In this document: positions 12,888 through 25,192 of the stretch, piece by piece | How positions within the stretch are numbered: the first letter of the stretch is position 1 | Layout of the letters: every line of letters starts with the position of its first letter | DNA from: Massalongia carnosa | Lineage: Eukaryota | Assembly (NCBI GenBank): GCA_965645245.1 | Contig: OZ287083.1 | Coordinates: 1,426,001 to 1,490,000 of the forward strand | DNA length: 64,000 nt | Direction of reading: 5' to 3' | Made by a program: the position numbers and the translations under genes | The notes under the pieces: generated by a model | What the model saw: the letters and a program-made list of their open reading frames with translations, nothing else | What the model was told of the DNA's origin: nothing | The model's database searches: none

Positions 12888-15800
12888 ATGGTTGAAAACC
12901 CACGTTTTGTGCGTTCGATCAGAAGTGTCGATGTCTGCGCAGCTTGGGATGGCTTGCCAACCCATTTGGTCCAGGCCAAAATCAAGATTAGAGTATACAA
13001 GCCTTTTGTGTACCCTTCTCTGCCTGTATTGACCTCTCCAGATCGAGTCTGAACCCGGTACGCAGTATGTACTGTTCGATGCGACTGGCTACTCTGGAAA
13101 CACTGCCACTGTTCGCAACATTCGCAGAATTACCAGTACATTTCCAGCACCAACTTTAAGTGATGCGCAATGTCCGTGGCACGGACTCTCGGAGGATACT
13201 TTGGTGGCTTTGGACGATCAAGCTGTTCTTCCAGAATTGCAACCTCTCGCTTCAGAGGTGGATAATTGTAGTATCGGTGTTGCTAACGTAGCTCCAAGCA
13301 CCAAGCGACGTCTCTTCCCAATATTCCGTTCGACAGGTCCATGTCGTTCCAGGTCTGGATGCAGCTCCAGTCGTTCGTTTTCCATGACTACCGCTTGCAC
13401 GAAGGAAGGTTTCCTGGTACAGCCTTCAGCAGTACATTTGGTAGGGTGTCAAAGCCAGGTTATGCCAGTACCTTTTGCAGTCAGCGAAGGGACTCGATCT
13501 ATGTCTGCGGGTACGGTCGAGATCCACCGGGCACCGATATGGCCACGAGAGCATTGGAAGATTGGTAGCACAAAGCGAGAGAACAGAGGTAAATGGAATA
13601 TCCCGAAGCAAGCATGGAAGTCGCCCAGCCAAGAAGATTTTTTGTCGTCGATTAAATCAAAGATATCTACAACGAAGTACACTCTGTCGAAAACAAATAG
13701 TACTAGAATTAGCAATCTCAATTCGGCCTGCCTACCAACAGCTCTCCTGAGTGAGCCTATATCGATATGGGATCTTCCGAGGCCTTCCCTTAACCAACGC
13801 GCTCTCATTTTTCGAAAAATCCCACCAGCTACCAAATGCAATATTCCGACAACCCCACGAATATATAGCGACAAAACTAAAGCTGGAGCTTGGATTGGCT
13901 CGGAAACGGAGAACTCTCAGAGATACCCAAGTTCTTCGTCGGAAAATCGGGTCTCGATTCCTCCAACTTTGGCCTTGCACGGGAGCGACGAGACACAGAA
14001 GCAGGAATTTCCTTGCAAGAATCGGTCAGGCTTCCTCCAAAAAACGCACATCACGGTGCCAGACCCCAAAAATTACAGCCCTTTGTCTCAGTACTGTCTC
14101 CAACATATTAGTGGATCGTTGTCCCCCGAGAGTCCCTTGCAGATGTGGCTTCGGAGGAAAGGATCAAGCAGCGATTATTCTCTACCACCAACTATGGCAC
14201 CCCTAAAGGCTGGTAGTGATCCTTATTGGGTTATAGAAGAGGCAAAAATCCAGATTCGTTTCCCGAATGACATTTGGCCTGGCATCTATGAGGTTGAGAT
14301 AGAGGCAAACATACTACTCTCTACGCCAGATGGCAAGGGTTGGCTGGAATTTATCTTACCCGGCATTCCCCCTTTACAAGAAGCAGCGCTCTTTGGCAAC
14401 GTTGATTTTCAGATTGGGCTTCTCTCTAACCAGTCAAAGACAATCGGCGAAACCAAGTATGATATGGACAAGCCTGGTTCTGCTAGGGCCCAGTTTGATA
14501 CAAGCTTCCTGACAGACGTTATAACAAGCCCAGACAGGATGCGAGTATCCGGTCGATTCTGCCCACAAGGCCCTAAACTCCTGAGACTGCGCTTGAAGTC
14601 GAAGATATTTAGCATTGACACCTGGGATGGATCTGTTACGTTTTGTACAACTCCACTATATGCTGAAGGCGCAGACATGCATTTGAGTCATCATGCTACT
14701 TTGGAGATGGAAACGTCAAAAATGGATATTTTTGCCGACCGTCTGAGCTTCTCATTTTTAATTAAAAATGGCGGTCGAAGTACACGGGAGTACGAGCTGA
14801 AGAGTGGCCAAAATTCCATTGACCTCGAAGAACGCAGTAGTCAAATGGGTTGTTTGGCACCAAACGACGAAGCGGAGATTAAAATATTCCGTGATACGGA
14901 AGAACTGGGGATACCACTCGAGATTTTTCTTGTTTCATGCTATGGGACGCAAAGTCCAGTGAGTATAGCATTACCAACAATACGACCTGTACTTGGAAAA
15001 CTATTTTCTGAGCAAATTATCCTTATCAAACCTCGGCCGCCTTTGATCATGAAACACATGGAGAGAGGATATTTTGGTACTTGGAAAAGGATTGATAAGG
15101 TAGACGGCCCGATTCATAGCATGCGTTTCAGTCGAGTTGAGTTACCCCACCTGTTTCCAGAGGGACTTAAAGACGATGTTGTCGTTAGGTTCATGGAGCT
15201 CCCACCAATTCGATTCACAGCGCTGGAGCCATCAGACGACGGCCTGGATCTAGAAAAGACGTCGGAGCTTATATGGGATCTTAATATCCAAATTGATAAA
15301 GTTTGCGGTCGAAACCTCGAGTGTCGGATGAAGCTAAGAAAAGAAGTTGGGGAAAGTGAGCGAGTCTTGACATTTGACGCCCAAAGTTGGGTCCCAGATC
15401 TAAGTATCATCAATGGGCGATTGGCAACACAGGAAGTTGGAGAGTGGCGTGAGGACGAAAAAGGATACATGGCAATGTTTCGTCCTACAACCATGCTACT
15501 AGGACAGGTAATTGAAGTCGAAATGCGTTGGAGGGTTTCCTTTAACCTCGACAACATTGAAGACAGCGGTGTAAATAAGCCAAAGCTTGAGTATGACATC
15601 CCGAAAATCATTGGGAGATCGGTCCTTGGAGGCTCCTTCACCTGCAAGGTGGGAAATGGTATGCACCAAGCATCCCTCCGCGCGTCTTTACCTTCACTAA
15701 CATACTCAATAGCGATGCTAATCTTGGATGATGGCCAAGCCCAAAGCGTAGCCATTCAGTTCTCAAATATGTATTCTCAGAACAAAATCCAGCTGCCAAA

Positions 15801-16512
15801 GTTACGCAAGAATTACAATATGCGTTTGTATTTCCGTCCGATGATTCCTCGTTCACCAAGGATCGTTCGGTTTGAAGACGAATGCTCCAGCTCCAGCTCC
15901 AGCTCCAGCTCCAGCTCCAGCTCCAGCGATGCCTCACAAGAGACTGATGATCGGGTAGAGCCTATCATTGAAGGCGAATCGCCTATCTCTTTAGAGCTCG
16001 ATCAACTTCCAAGGGTTATACAGAGCTCCCGTTATGGTGATGAGATTCTTGATCTTCCCCGTCATCATTTCGGACAAGCTATTGCAACGTTCCGTAGCCT
16101 CGTCGTTCCCTTACTGCTGATCACCGCAGCTCAAATTCTCCTTGCGCAGATCGGAAACATATGGGTTCCTTCCGCTACGGGGAGCTTCTTCTTACCAACC
16201 CCCCGTCCTGATGCCGATTCCAAATGGATTGAAAATCGAGCGAGCCGCCATCTTGAACGATCTCTCCCACACCCGCAGGCCACTGAGTCCCGCCTTAAAC
16301 CTACCATGCGATCCGATGCGATAGAGCTCGTTTCCACGCATGTGAGTTTCACGACGAGAGAATTCCATGAGCGGGGACAAGATGGCGAGACGAATGTCGG
16401 GATATCCTCCATCGCCGCAGGGGAACCAGAGCGTGCGAGGTCGTCGAGCGAGGTAACCGGGATGATAGATTGGATAGACCGTGCATTAGGGTGGAAGGAT
16501 GTTACAGCGTGA
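12888..16512 (+). CDS. Large uncharacterised protein (~1170 aa) with beta-rich regions, a poly-Ser tract and a probable single TM segment near the C-terminus
   Basis: The 1103-aa ORF is open upstream to an acceptor at 13041. ATG 12888 plus a phase-0 intron 12993-13041 (GTATAC...TTGAC..CAG) joins in frame. A probable in-frame 54-nt intron lies at 15659-15712. Hydrophobic stretch LVVPLLLITAAQILLAQIG. Confidence 0.75.
15886..15927 (+). repeat. (TCCAGC)7 coding hexanucleotide repeat encoding Ser14
   Basis: Seven perfect units read directly. Confidence 0.9.
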
Positions 16513-17706
16513 CTGCTTCAGCTGATCACACCGAGCAGACGGCGCTTTCCGAAAGCCCGCCTACTTGGAGGGTTTTCTGTATGGGCCGCTTATGACGGTG
16601 GAAGGGCAGGAACCCAGCGGACGCTGCGGAGGAGCCGTGGAACGGTTCATGCCATATGTAGCTGTCATGCTGCAGGCAGCACGTAGGATACAGCAAACAG
16701 GAAACAGCAAATAAATAGTGCTCTGTATCTTAGCACATGAGTCGATTGCCGGGGAGCTTCCTCGAGTCAACCAAAGAGCAACGTTGCAACGAGCCAATCG
16801 AAACCCCCGTTCGCTCCAATCCGATCAAATCATTGCGTTCACTGGTAGTCAAATCACGCTACTGGAATGCAACTGACATGTCGACCGAAGGACCTCCTTC
16901 TGTCGCTAGGTTCGTAAACCTGATTTTCCCTCCCTTTAGTACGTATCCTCGATCATGTCCGACGCGCTGCACAACCCCCTCTTTTTCCGCGCCGTCGTTT
17001 ACCAGTACATCGTAGTTTTGTACATTATCCCCCCCCTTTTTCCCCCACCCCCTTTCTTCCCTACCCCAATACTTGTGCGCCCCTCTCTTCCATCCATGCC
17101 CCCCCGGCACTCTTTCCTTGCTGGCTTCGGTCGTGCGTGCACACGACGAGGTTTTTTTCTTTTTTTCCCTCGCCAACGCCTATTTTTCGCGAGATTGGCC
17201 TGTGCTTTTCCCCCCCTGGAGTCAGAGTCCCCGCATCACCCCCACCGTGAGTATGATGCCTTGATGATATCAGATGAGAGAGCGATGAGGGGAAAGCGAA
17301 AGTACGTGCATATTCACTCACTCCCGCACTCCCTCACTCCCTCACTCCCACACACTCGCCAAGTGGAAAGCGGCTCCTTGTGCGTTGGTGTCGGATGTCC
17401 GGCAGCCTTTGGGCGTTGTTTTATCGATTTGGATTTATTTTATCTTATCGGCGCTTTTGATCTGCCCCGCTCCCTTCGTTGGGGCGAAAAGAGGCGGGGT
17501 TTTTTGGATCCATGGTTGGCTTTTTTTTTTATATTTTCTTTTAAAGCGCTTTTGGGAAGTCGGAGGTGGGTATAAAGAGGGGGCGGGAGAATCGGCGTGA
17601 AAGGTCGGATATCTGATCTTAACCTTTTCCCTCGCTGCACGGATTCAATTGGATTATTTACCTTACCAACTGACCTGATTGATCGATTGACTTTGAAACC
17701 TTAAGG

Positions 17707-18481
17707 ATGGCGCAAGAAGGTGCGTGTTCTGTTGATCCGAATGTGCAGAACCACTCCATCGCGTTCCCTCTGCTAACTTTCCCCGCTCCCCATAGACCAC
17801 TCCCACCACCACCACGACAACAAAGGCGAGTCGCACTCCCACAGCAACGCTTTCGAAAAGCACCTCGCCGCCAACAAGGAATGGGCGTCCAACATCGGCA
17901 ACTCCCACCCGGATCTCCTCCCCACGCTCGCCAAGGGCCAGTCCCCCAGCATCCTCTGGCTCGGCTGCTCCGACTCGCGTGTGCCCGAGACGACCATCCT
18001 CGGCGGGCTGCCCGGCGACATCTTCGTGCACCGCAACATCGCCAACGTGCTGCACCGCGGCGACCTTAGCGCCGCCGCCGTCATCACCTACGCGGTTGTG
18101 CACCTCAAGGTCAAGCACGTGGTGCTGTGCGGCCACACGAGCTGCGGCGGCGTCAACGCCGCCCTGGGCAATGACCGCCTTGGCCTGCTGGACAACTGGC
18201 TGCTGCCCATCAGGGGCTTGCGGAAGAAACTGGCTAAGGGAGAGGGCTGGGCCAACCTCAGCGCAGAGGAGAAGGGCCGACTTTTGGTCGAGGAGAATGT
18301 TCGGGAGGGGGTGAGGATCTTGCTGGAGAACCACGACGTGATCGACGCCATCGAGACCAGGGGCCTGACCGTCCATGGCTGCGTGTATGACGTCGGAACG
18401 GGCAAGGTCAAGGAGCTGGAACACGGCGAGGACAAGGGCGAGAAGGAGGTAAGGTTGGGCGTGTTCCGCATGAAGAAGTAG
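17707..18481 (+). CDS. NCE103: Beta-class carbonic anhydrase
   Basis: After intron 17720-17795 the protein has GQSPSILWLGCSDSRVPE, GDIFVHRNIAN and VVLCGHTSCGGV (Cys/Asp/Arg and His-x-x-Cys zinc ligands). Confidence 0.95.
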
Positions 18482-19013
18482 GCCCCGGGGAAAAGGGGGG
18501 GGGTAAAACTAAGCAGAAAAGAGGACTCGGAAACGGCCGATTTGGAAAGATTACTCGGCCAACTTATTTATCTATCTCTTTCGCACAAACCATTATCGAA
18601 CCTATGCTTCCCCGTCCCTGTCTCCTTCTCTCTTCCCTCGAACCAACCATTATCCCAAAACCACACCAACCAAGCCAGCCAGCCATGCCATGCCAACTAG
18701 TCGGTAGATTCCTTTTTCCTTCCCTCCGTCCATTCCTCCCATCTCCATCTCCTAGATATCCCAACCTACCTGCAACCAATCAAGCACCCACCCAAACCCA
18801 ACATAATAGAAAAACCCCACCAGCACCACTGGCACCACCAAACTAGATAGATAGGTAAGTTATGTAACTCAAACTGATCGCGAGTGAGTGCGGGATAATC
18901 ACACCAACCGTTCCCGCATAAGATTACATATCCTTTATTATTATTATTTTTGCCAAAAAAAAAAAAAAGCTATCAAGCTACGAGAGGAAGAAGCTACAGT
19001 TAGAGCGATACGT

Positions 19014-19106
19014 TAACCGTGCGACCGAGGTAAATCCGATGGACCGCACCCGGAGCTACGCTCCAGCCGGGTGCGGTCCATCGGATTTACCTCGGTCGCA
19101 CGGTTA
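19014..19106. mobile_element. MITE-like perfect inverted repeat (40-bp arms including terminal TA, 13-bp spacer)
   Basis: Arm 19014-19053 TAACCGTGCGACCGAGGTAAATCCGATGGACCGCACCCGG is the exact reverse complement of 19067-19106. TA occurs at both ends, as expected for a Tc1/mariner-pogo target-site duplication. The repeat is certain; the MITE identity is inference. Confidence 0.6.
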
Positions 19107-19662
19107 GGCAAAGCTCTTCACCAACCTCCCCCTTTGCCCCTAATATATATTCACTAAAAGATAGACGGGAAAGACGGGGAAAGATGAACAAGGGTTGGGT
19201 GGGAAAACAACTAGTTAAGGGAAATAAATCGTGATCAAAGGCCGTTGTTAACTATGCTCATGGGGATGCGCAAAAAAAACTAGCTAGCTAGGAAGGAGCC
19301 AGGAGGGGCCCCGGTGCAAAGCCGTTGAATCTCCAAATCACAAGCATTTGGTAAGGGGAAAGGAGACAATGAGAAATCCCCCTGCCTGCCTGTCTGCCTG
19401 CTAGCCAACCAAAATAATAATAACTTGTCTGTTCCCTGATTGAAAATTAAATACGAAGGAAAGCACTCCAAGTCCAATTTTTCTTGCAACGCCCACCAAC
19501 AATCTTGTCGATAAAAGATCAAACCAAACTCCCCTTACCATTTTTGTCCAAACCCCCCCCCCCCTCCCTCTGTTTGCTAAGTCGTGAAGAAAAAGGCATG
19601 AAACTCCATCAATCTTGGCCACTTCGCTTTCGAAAATCAATCGTTACGTCGGACAAGTTTAA

Positions 19663-22440
19663 TCAGAGCCATCCCCCATCGTCCAGCCCACTCGCATCTC
19701 CGCTCTTCGCTCCCAGATCCAGTTTCGGTATTTCCAACCTCGGCATTTCCAGCTTCGGCGGCCCTTCGTCTCGCTTCCCCTTCTTTGGGCTTCCCTTCAT
19801 CACCACCTCCTCCCTCCTTGGCCCATCCTTCACAAACGTGCAGTCCCAGCCATCCTCTCGCGCGGCGCCGATCCAAGTACTCAACCCGTCGTGCACACTG
19901 CCATAAAACTTTTCCTTGCAAGTCCGCAAGCTGGCTCCCATGCACTTCTCGAACCCGCTGTCTTTGAGCTCCTGACGTAGACTAAGGCGCTCTTCACGCG
20001 AGGGCAGGGCGGCGATGATACCATTAAGGAGATCCAAGTGCGAGGCGAGGTAGTTGGTGGCATCCCACTCGACACCACCGACGTATGGGGCTGCCGGAAC
20101 GGGAGGTCGGTCGCGGGGAAAGTGGTTGGTGGCGTAGCTTATGGATGGAGGATTTGGGTCTTCCGGGTACGGGATGACGTTAAGGTGATGGAGGAAGATC
20201 CAAAAGACTTCCTTGGTGACATTGACAATCTCTTTACACCAGACGCGATATGGACGGGGTTGATGCATCGATGCGATGAAGCCCGGTGGCTGGGCAGCCT
20301 CAGGCCGGGAAGGATCGTGGAGGTAGGAAAGAACAGTACGGGCCCGGGTGGCGAGGTCAGTGGAAGAAGAGGCGGACAGGTAGGTGAAGAGAAGGCTGGT
20401 GACGATGCTGCGGGTTAGAAACTCGCTGGGACCTTTCTTTTCCTCGTCAAAAAGCATAGCGAGAAGCGTAGGAAACAGGCTTGATTGGATGGTAGAGAGT
20501 TGCTGAAGTGCCAGGGACGTGGTACACAGTGCTTTCAAGCAAAGTAATGTCTCATGCAGTAGCGTGTCTTCGTGCTCCTCTCTGTGTAAGATTTTGGTAA
20601 GTATTACCAATCTTCAATAGAATTAACCTAAGAATAGCGTACCTCCATTCAACCTGTATGATTCTGTTTAGAAGACCCACAATCTCGGCCATTCCGCCCC
20701 TGGTAATGAAAATGTCCACCCAAGTGACCGTCTCATTCCTGAGCAGTTGACGTAGCTTTTGTATTTTCCCCACTTCAACGGATTCTGGATTTTGCACCTT
20801 ACGTAGGTAGAAGATGTACTCTTCAGGTACGGCTGGCTTTGGTGCTTTGCTCAAGAATGAAAGTGCTTGAAAGGGGCTAGCAGCTGTCAATGATGATGCA
20901 ATTGATGGTGTTAAATCGGTGGATTTTGGTCGTCCACGAGAAATGGGACGTTCGGGCTTCGGTTTCTTGGAAGGCGAAGAGTCCCCTTTGGTAAGCGTGA
21001 AGGTGCGACTTCTAGGTCTTGATTTCCTCGAACTATCCACCACTTCGCTTGTTTCAACCTCTATGTTTGTGGTAACGATACTATCATCTGTCTTCGATCG
21101 CCGTCCAGGGCATGGTCTGTTGGGAATCCGAGACACAGAAGTATACGGTGGGAGCTCGTCAAGGGCAGATTTTGACCCCGAGCCCGTTCTGTCCTGCTTG
21201 ATAAAATCGGCTTTAATATTAGTATCTAGCGCTCTCATCTTATCTTTCGTATGCTGTGGTACGTTTCGCGAATCCTGAAACCGGATCAGTGCTTGAATAT
21301 GAATCACTCAGCCTAGCGTCTCACCAGCAGACTTTCAAATGCGTTCTCGATAGCCTTGACGTCCATCTTAGTCTCCGCGACATCTTTATGCGGCTCTTTG
21401 GATTTGCCATTGAACGCAGCTACTACCGCCATCACCCGAGATCCACGTTTCGCGATCGTCATGCCGGAGTTGGAGGAATTATCGCTAACCTTACGGTTCT
21501 CTGAAGTTTCACCTCGATTTGAACGCCAATCGTCAAAAGAGGGTTTACGGTTGCTTTCACCACTCTTTCGTTGTGGTTCACTCGGGTTCGAAGACCGAGA
21601 TTGCCCCCTTTCATGCCCCTGTTTCCGTAGGCCGGAAAGAGTCTCAGCAAACGATGATGTCGAAATTCCTGACGGTAAGAAGGCGGACCTTGGCCGAGGT
21701 TTGGGTTCCCCTGGGCGGGATAGACTGGGTTTTTGGTAGTCATGGAAGTTCCTTTGCTTGGTCGGTGAATATTCTGGAGGCGAATAAAGGGCCATCTCTT
21801 TATCCACATCACGAGCATCGTTTAAAGGTATTTTTATGGCATTGGATGATTTCTGCATGGGCTGGTGTGCAAACTGTGCCCATATTGGAGGCGCAACAAG
21901 ATCGGCTGTCATCGGTGGTGTCATGTTTTCCTTGTCCTTTTGTTGATGCACCATGTCTGCTTTTAGATCCCTAGAGGATTTAGGTCTTGATAATAGAGCA
22001 GAAAGGCTTGTGGAAGACTTGGACTTCTTCGGTTTAGGTATCTCTTGTTTCTTTGGTGACTTGGGTTTTGGGGTATTGACTTTTTCATTTCTCATTAACG
22101 ATTTGAGCGAAACGGAGCTCTTCGTTTTCTTGTGAAACCCAGGTACCTGTGACTTGTCCTCGTATACGTCGACCGGCTTCGTGGGGGATGGCTTCATGTT
22201 TTCCCGCTTCCTGCTTTCATCTTGTGATTGTTGTCTGGAGGGTGGCTGATTCGGGGGCAGCATTGACTCTTTGCTCCAAGCAGCATGAGCATTCGGTCTT
22301 CGATTTTCACCTATCATATCAATTGGCTGTAAAACTGTGGCCTGTTGATGCTGATAATTGCGAGGAGTCATGATGGCCTTTAGCACAGAGGACGTCGTCT
22401 TCTTATGCTGGCGTTCGGCAAAAGTGGTTTGGGGCTGCAT
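19663..22440 (-). CDS. Formin-type GTPase-binding (GBD/FH3, armadillo-like) domain protein without FH2, Rid1-like
   Basis: Three exons (about 22440-21325, 21274-20643, ~20582-19663). Motifs: AFESLLDSRNVP..KDKMRAL..NIKADFIK, KLRQLLRNETVTWVDIFI..GG, EWREEHEDTLLHETLLCLKALCTT, RPYRVWCKEIVNVTKEVFWIFLHH. Confidence 0.8.
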
Positions 22441-23389
22441 TGTGGTATTTACTACGCAATAGCACTACATCCAGATGTTAGTCAGTTTCTTATCAATCCA
22501 AAATAGCGGAAACGAGTCAACCTTTAGTTGTTGACTCGAGGCTGCTTTCCTTCTTCACATAAATAAGGATGAATTCGCTCGTCTCAAGGTCGACCAGGCA
22601 TGACCTGTTTGAACCCCAGTTCTAGAAGAAGGGATCAGCTTATCAGTGTATCAGCGTAATAATATCCTAGTTGCCTAAGATACTGTTTGCAACTTTTGTG
22701 ATTCGACCGACCACATCGGCCAGCAGACTGGCACATGGAGATTGGACCTTTGTTGTGGTGGTTGTCCTATGCGGTTAGCGGATTCCGTTGGCATGGCAAA
22801 ATAGCCGATCGCCCACGCCACTTCAATGAGCTGTCATCCCTCCATCTGCTCGTGCGCACATTTCAATACAATGAGAGCGAACAAGTGGAAATAGCCTTGA
22901 TGATAGGCCATCGCAGTCGTCATGGACACCGCTTCAAGCTAGTCGGCTTTTTCCCAAAAAGATGGAGAGTTGAAGGGTCGTTGGCGGTGGCGTCGGCCAT
23001 AGACAAGGCCCGGCTTCCGCACACAAACGCGCCTCCATCCCTTGCGGCTTGCATTCAGTATCCTCGTTATATTTCCCATCGTCTAGAATGCGAAGTCTAA
23101 TCAATCCTTTTATATTAGAGAGCAATGATCGAATGGCAGGTGGAGCGTGTCTCCAATTGAGGAATGACGATGCCACATTACGTCTAGAATACGGGCTTGA
23201 TGCCCTTGGATTTTTTTGTTCTCTTTTCTCCGGCGGGGAAATGCGTTCTGAGAGCCCGAAAAAAGAATAGTCTTGCCCGGAAACACCCGTTAACCTTCCA
23301 ATTCTAATTACGACTACATTTCACTTCCCTCCGCTTCGTTAATTTTCGCTTGCTTTTCCTTTCCGATTCTCTTCCAAGATCCTACCAGT

Positions 23390-25192
23390 ATGAACTGTCC
23401 GTCCCGTACAGATGAGCCGCTGGAACCTCAGGGCTGGAATCAAAATCCGCCCCAATTGGCGGCCGATTTGACAACGAGACAAGACTTGAATGGCATTGCA
23501 AATCTTAGAACTCAGAGAAGTTCAGATGTGCGTGATGTGCAGGATCCTATTGATGATGATCCAGGTGAAAGGGTATCCAAAGTGATGCAAGCTAGTCGGC
23601 GGAAACTGAGCTCGGGGCTGACCACGGATAACAAGTCGTTGGATGGACCTCAACATGTGCATTCAGCTTTAAGCCTCGCACTATCATCTTTGGCCGGTGG
23701 GGGCACTGGCGTTCCGTCAAGGAAGGGGTTTCGAGGCTATGTACAGCATGTTGTGAGAGTGCTGGCAAAATATAGTAAATTCATTGGTCCAGGCTTCATG
23801 GTGTCTGTAGCCTACATAGACCCTGGAAATTACTCGACTGATGTAGCCGCTGGTGCTTCCACCAAGTTCAAGCTACTATTCGTCGTTCTGATGTCCAATG
23901 TCTTTGCGATTGTACTGCAATCATTGGCAATTCGTCTCGGCACGGTGACAGGACTCAACCTGGCTGAGCACTGCAGGGCGCATCTTCCACGATGGTTGAA
24001 CTTGATCTTATATGTACTGGGAGAATGTGCTATTGTTGCTACAGACATTGCGGAAGTGAGTGCCCTGGTGTTTATACCTGGGTTGGCGGGAGCTAATGAG
24101 GCAAAGGTGATTGGATCCGCCATCGCGCTTAACCTACTACTGAAGGTCCCTCTAGTGGCAGGATGTGCCCTTACGCTGGTGGATGTGCTCATAATTCTTA
24201 TTTTTTACAGTCCTGACGGGTCTATGCGCCGTCTGCGAGCGTTTGAATTTTTCGTCATGACGCTGGTGCTTGGCGTTGTCATTTGTTTCTGCATTCAGCT
24301 TTCTTTCATCGAAGATACTTCGATCGGCGAGGTCTTGTATGGCTATCTTCCATCCTCTACCGTTGTTAAAGGCAAAGGCATATATCTAAGCTGCGGTATT
24401 CTCGGCGCCACCGTCATGCCTCACAGCCTCTATCTAGGCAGCGGCATTGTGCAGCCTCGACTTCAGCACTTTGACACGAATGCCGGCATCGTAGCTACCC
24501 GTCAAACAATCAACTCGGACGAAAAAGTAGCCTACCGTCCGTCCATAGCCGCCATCCGCTCATGCTTAACCTACTCCACCATTGAAGTGGCCCTTTCGCT
24601 CTTCACATTTGCTTTGTTCGTCAACAGCGCCATCCTTATCGTCGCCGGCGCCTCCCTCTCCTCAAACTCAGCTGCCGAAAGTGCCGACCTCTTTAGTATC
24701 CATGATCTTCTCTCGCGAACCCTCGCTCCTGCCGCCGGCACTGTCTTCGCACTCGCGCTCCTCATGTCCGGCACTTCGGCCGGCATCGTCGCCACGATCG
24801 CCGGGCAAATGCTGAGTGAAGGTGCCTTGAACTGGACTCTGGCCCCCTGGCTGCGGCGACTGCTCACACGGTCTATCAGCATCACGCCTAGCATCATCAT
24901 CGCTGGCGCGGTCGGCAAGAAGGGCCTCTCGAATGCGCTGAACGGCACTCAAGTGGCGCTGAGCGTCGTCCTGCCGTTCGTGTCCGCGCCGTTGATTTAC
25001 TTCACCTGCCGTAACAAGTACATGGTTGTTGCGAGGTCGGAGGCGACAGGGAGGGAAAGTGATGATAATGCGGTGGAGGCGGTCAAAATGCGGAATCATT
25101 GGATTGTTTCGGTGCTGGCCGTGTGCATTTGGCTGGTTATTGCTGTTATGAATGTTTCTTTGCTCGTTTTGGTCGGGCTTGGCAAGGCATAA
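23390..25192 (+). CDS. SMF1: NRAMP-family divalent metal (Mn2+/Fe2+) transporter, Smf1/Smf2-like
   Basis: FIGPGFMVSVAYIDPGNY and ILGATVMPHSLYLGS NRAMP signatures, multiple TM helices. An in-frame 51-nt intron at 24056-24106 restores DIAE|VIGSAIAL. SMF1 versus SMF2 is not resolved. Confidence 0.93.
   Translation: MNCPSRTDEPLEPQGWNQNPPQLAADLTTRQDLNGIANLRTQRSSDVRDVQDPIDDDPGERVSKVMQASRRKLSSGLTTDNKSLDGPQHVHSALSLALSSLAGGGTGVPSRKGFRGYVQHVVRVLAKYSKFIGPGFMVSVAYIDPGNYSTDVAAGASTKFKLLFVVLMSNVFAIVLQSLAIRLGTVTGLNLAEHCRAHLPRWLNLILYVLGECAIVATDIAEVSALVFIPGLAGANEAKVIGSAIALNLLLKVPLVAGCALTLVDVLIILIFYSPDGSMRRLRAFEFFVMTLVLGVVICFCIQLSFIEDTSIGEVLYGYLPSSTVVKGKGIYLSCGILGATVMPHSLYLGSGIVQPRLQHFDTNAGIVATRQTINSDEKVAYRPSIAAIRSCLTYSTIEVALSLFTFALFVNSAILIVAGASLSSNSAAESADLFSIHDLLSRTLAPAAGTVFALALLMSGTSAGIVATIAGQMLSEGALNWTLAPWLRRLLTRSISITPSIIIAGAVGKKGLSNALNGTQVALSVVLPFVSAPLIYFTCRNKYMVVARSEATGRESDDNAVEAVKMRNHWIVSVLAVCIWLVIAVMNVSLLVLVGLGKA

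Noticed and set aside
17663..18424. 253-aa antisense ORF over the carbonic anhydrase (similar shadows over VPS60, nudF and the OB-fold gene)
   Set aside because: Shadow ORFs caused by high GC3 codon bias on the coding strand.
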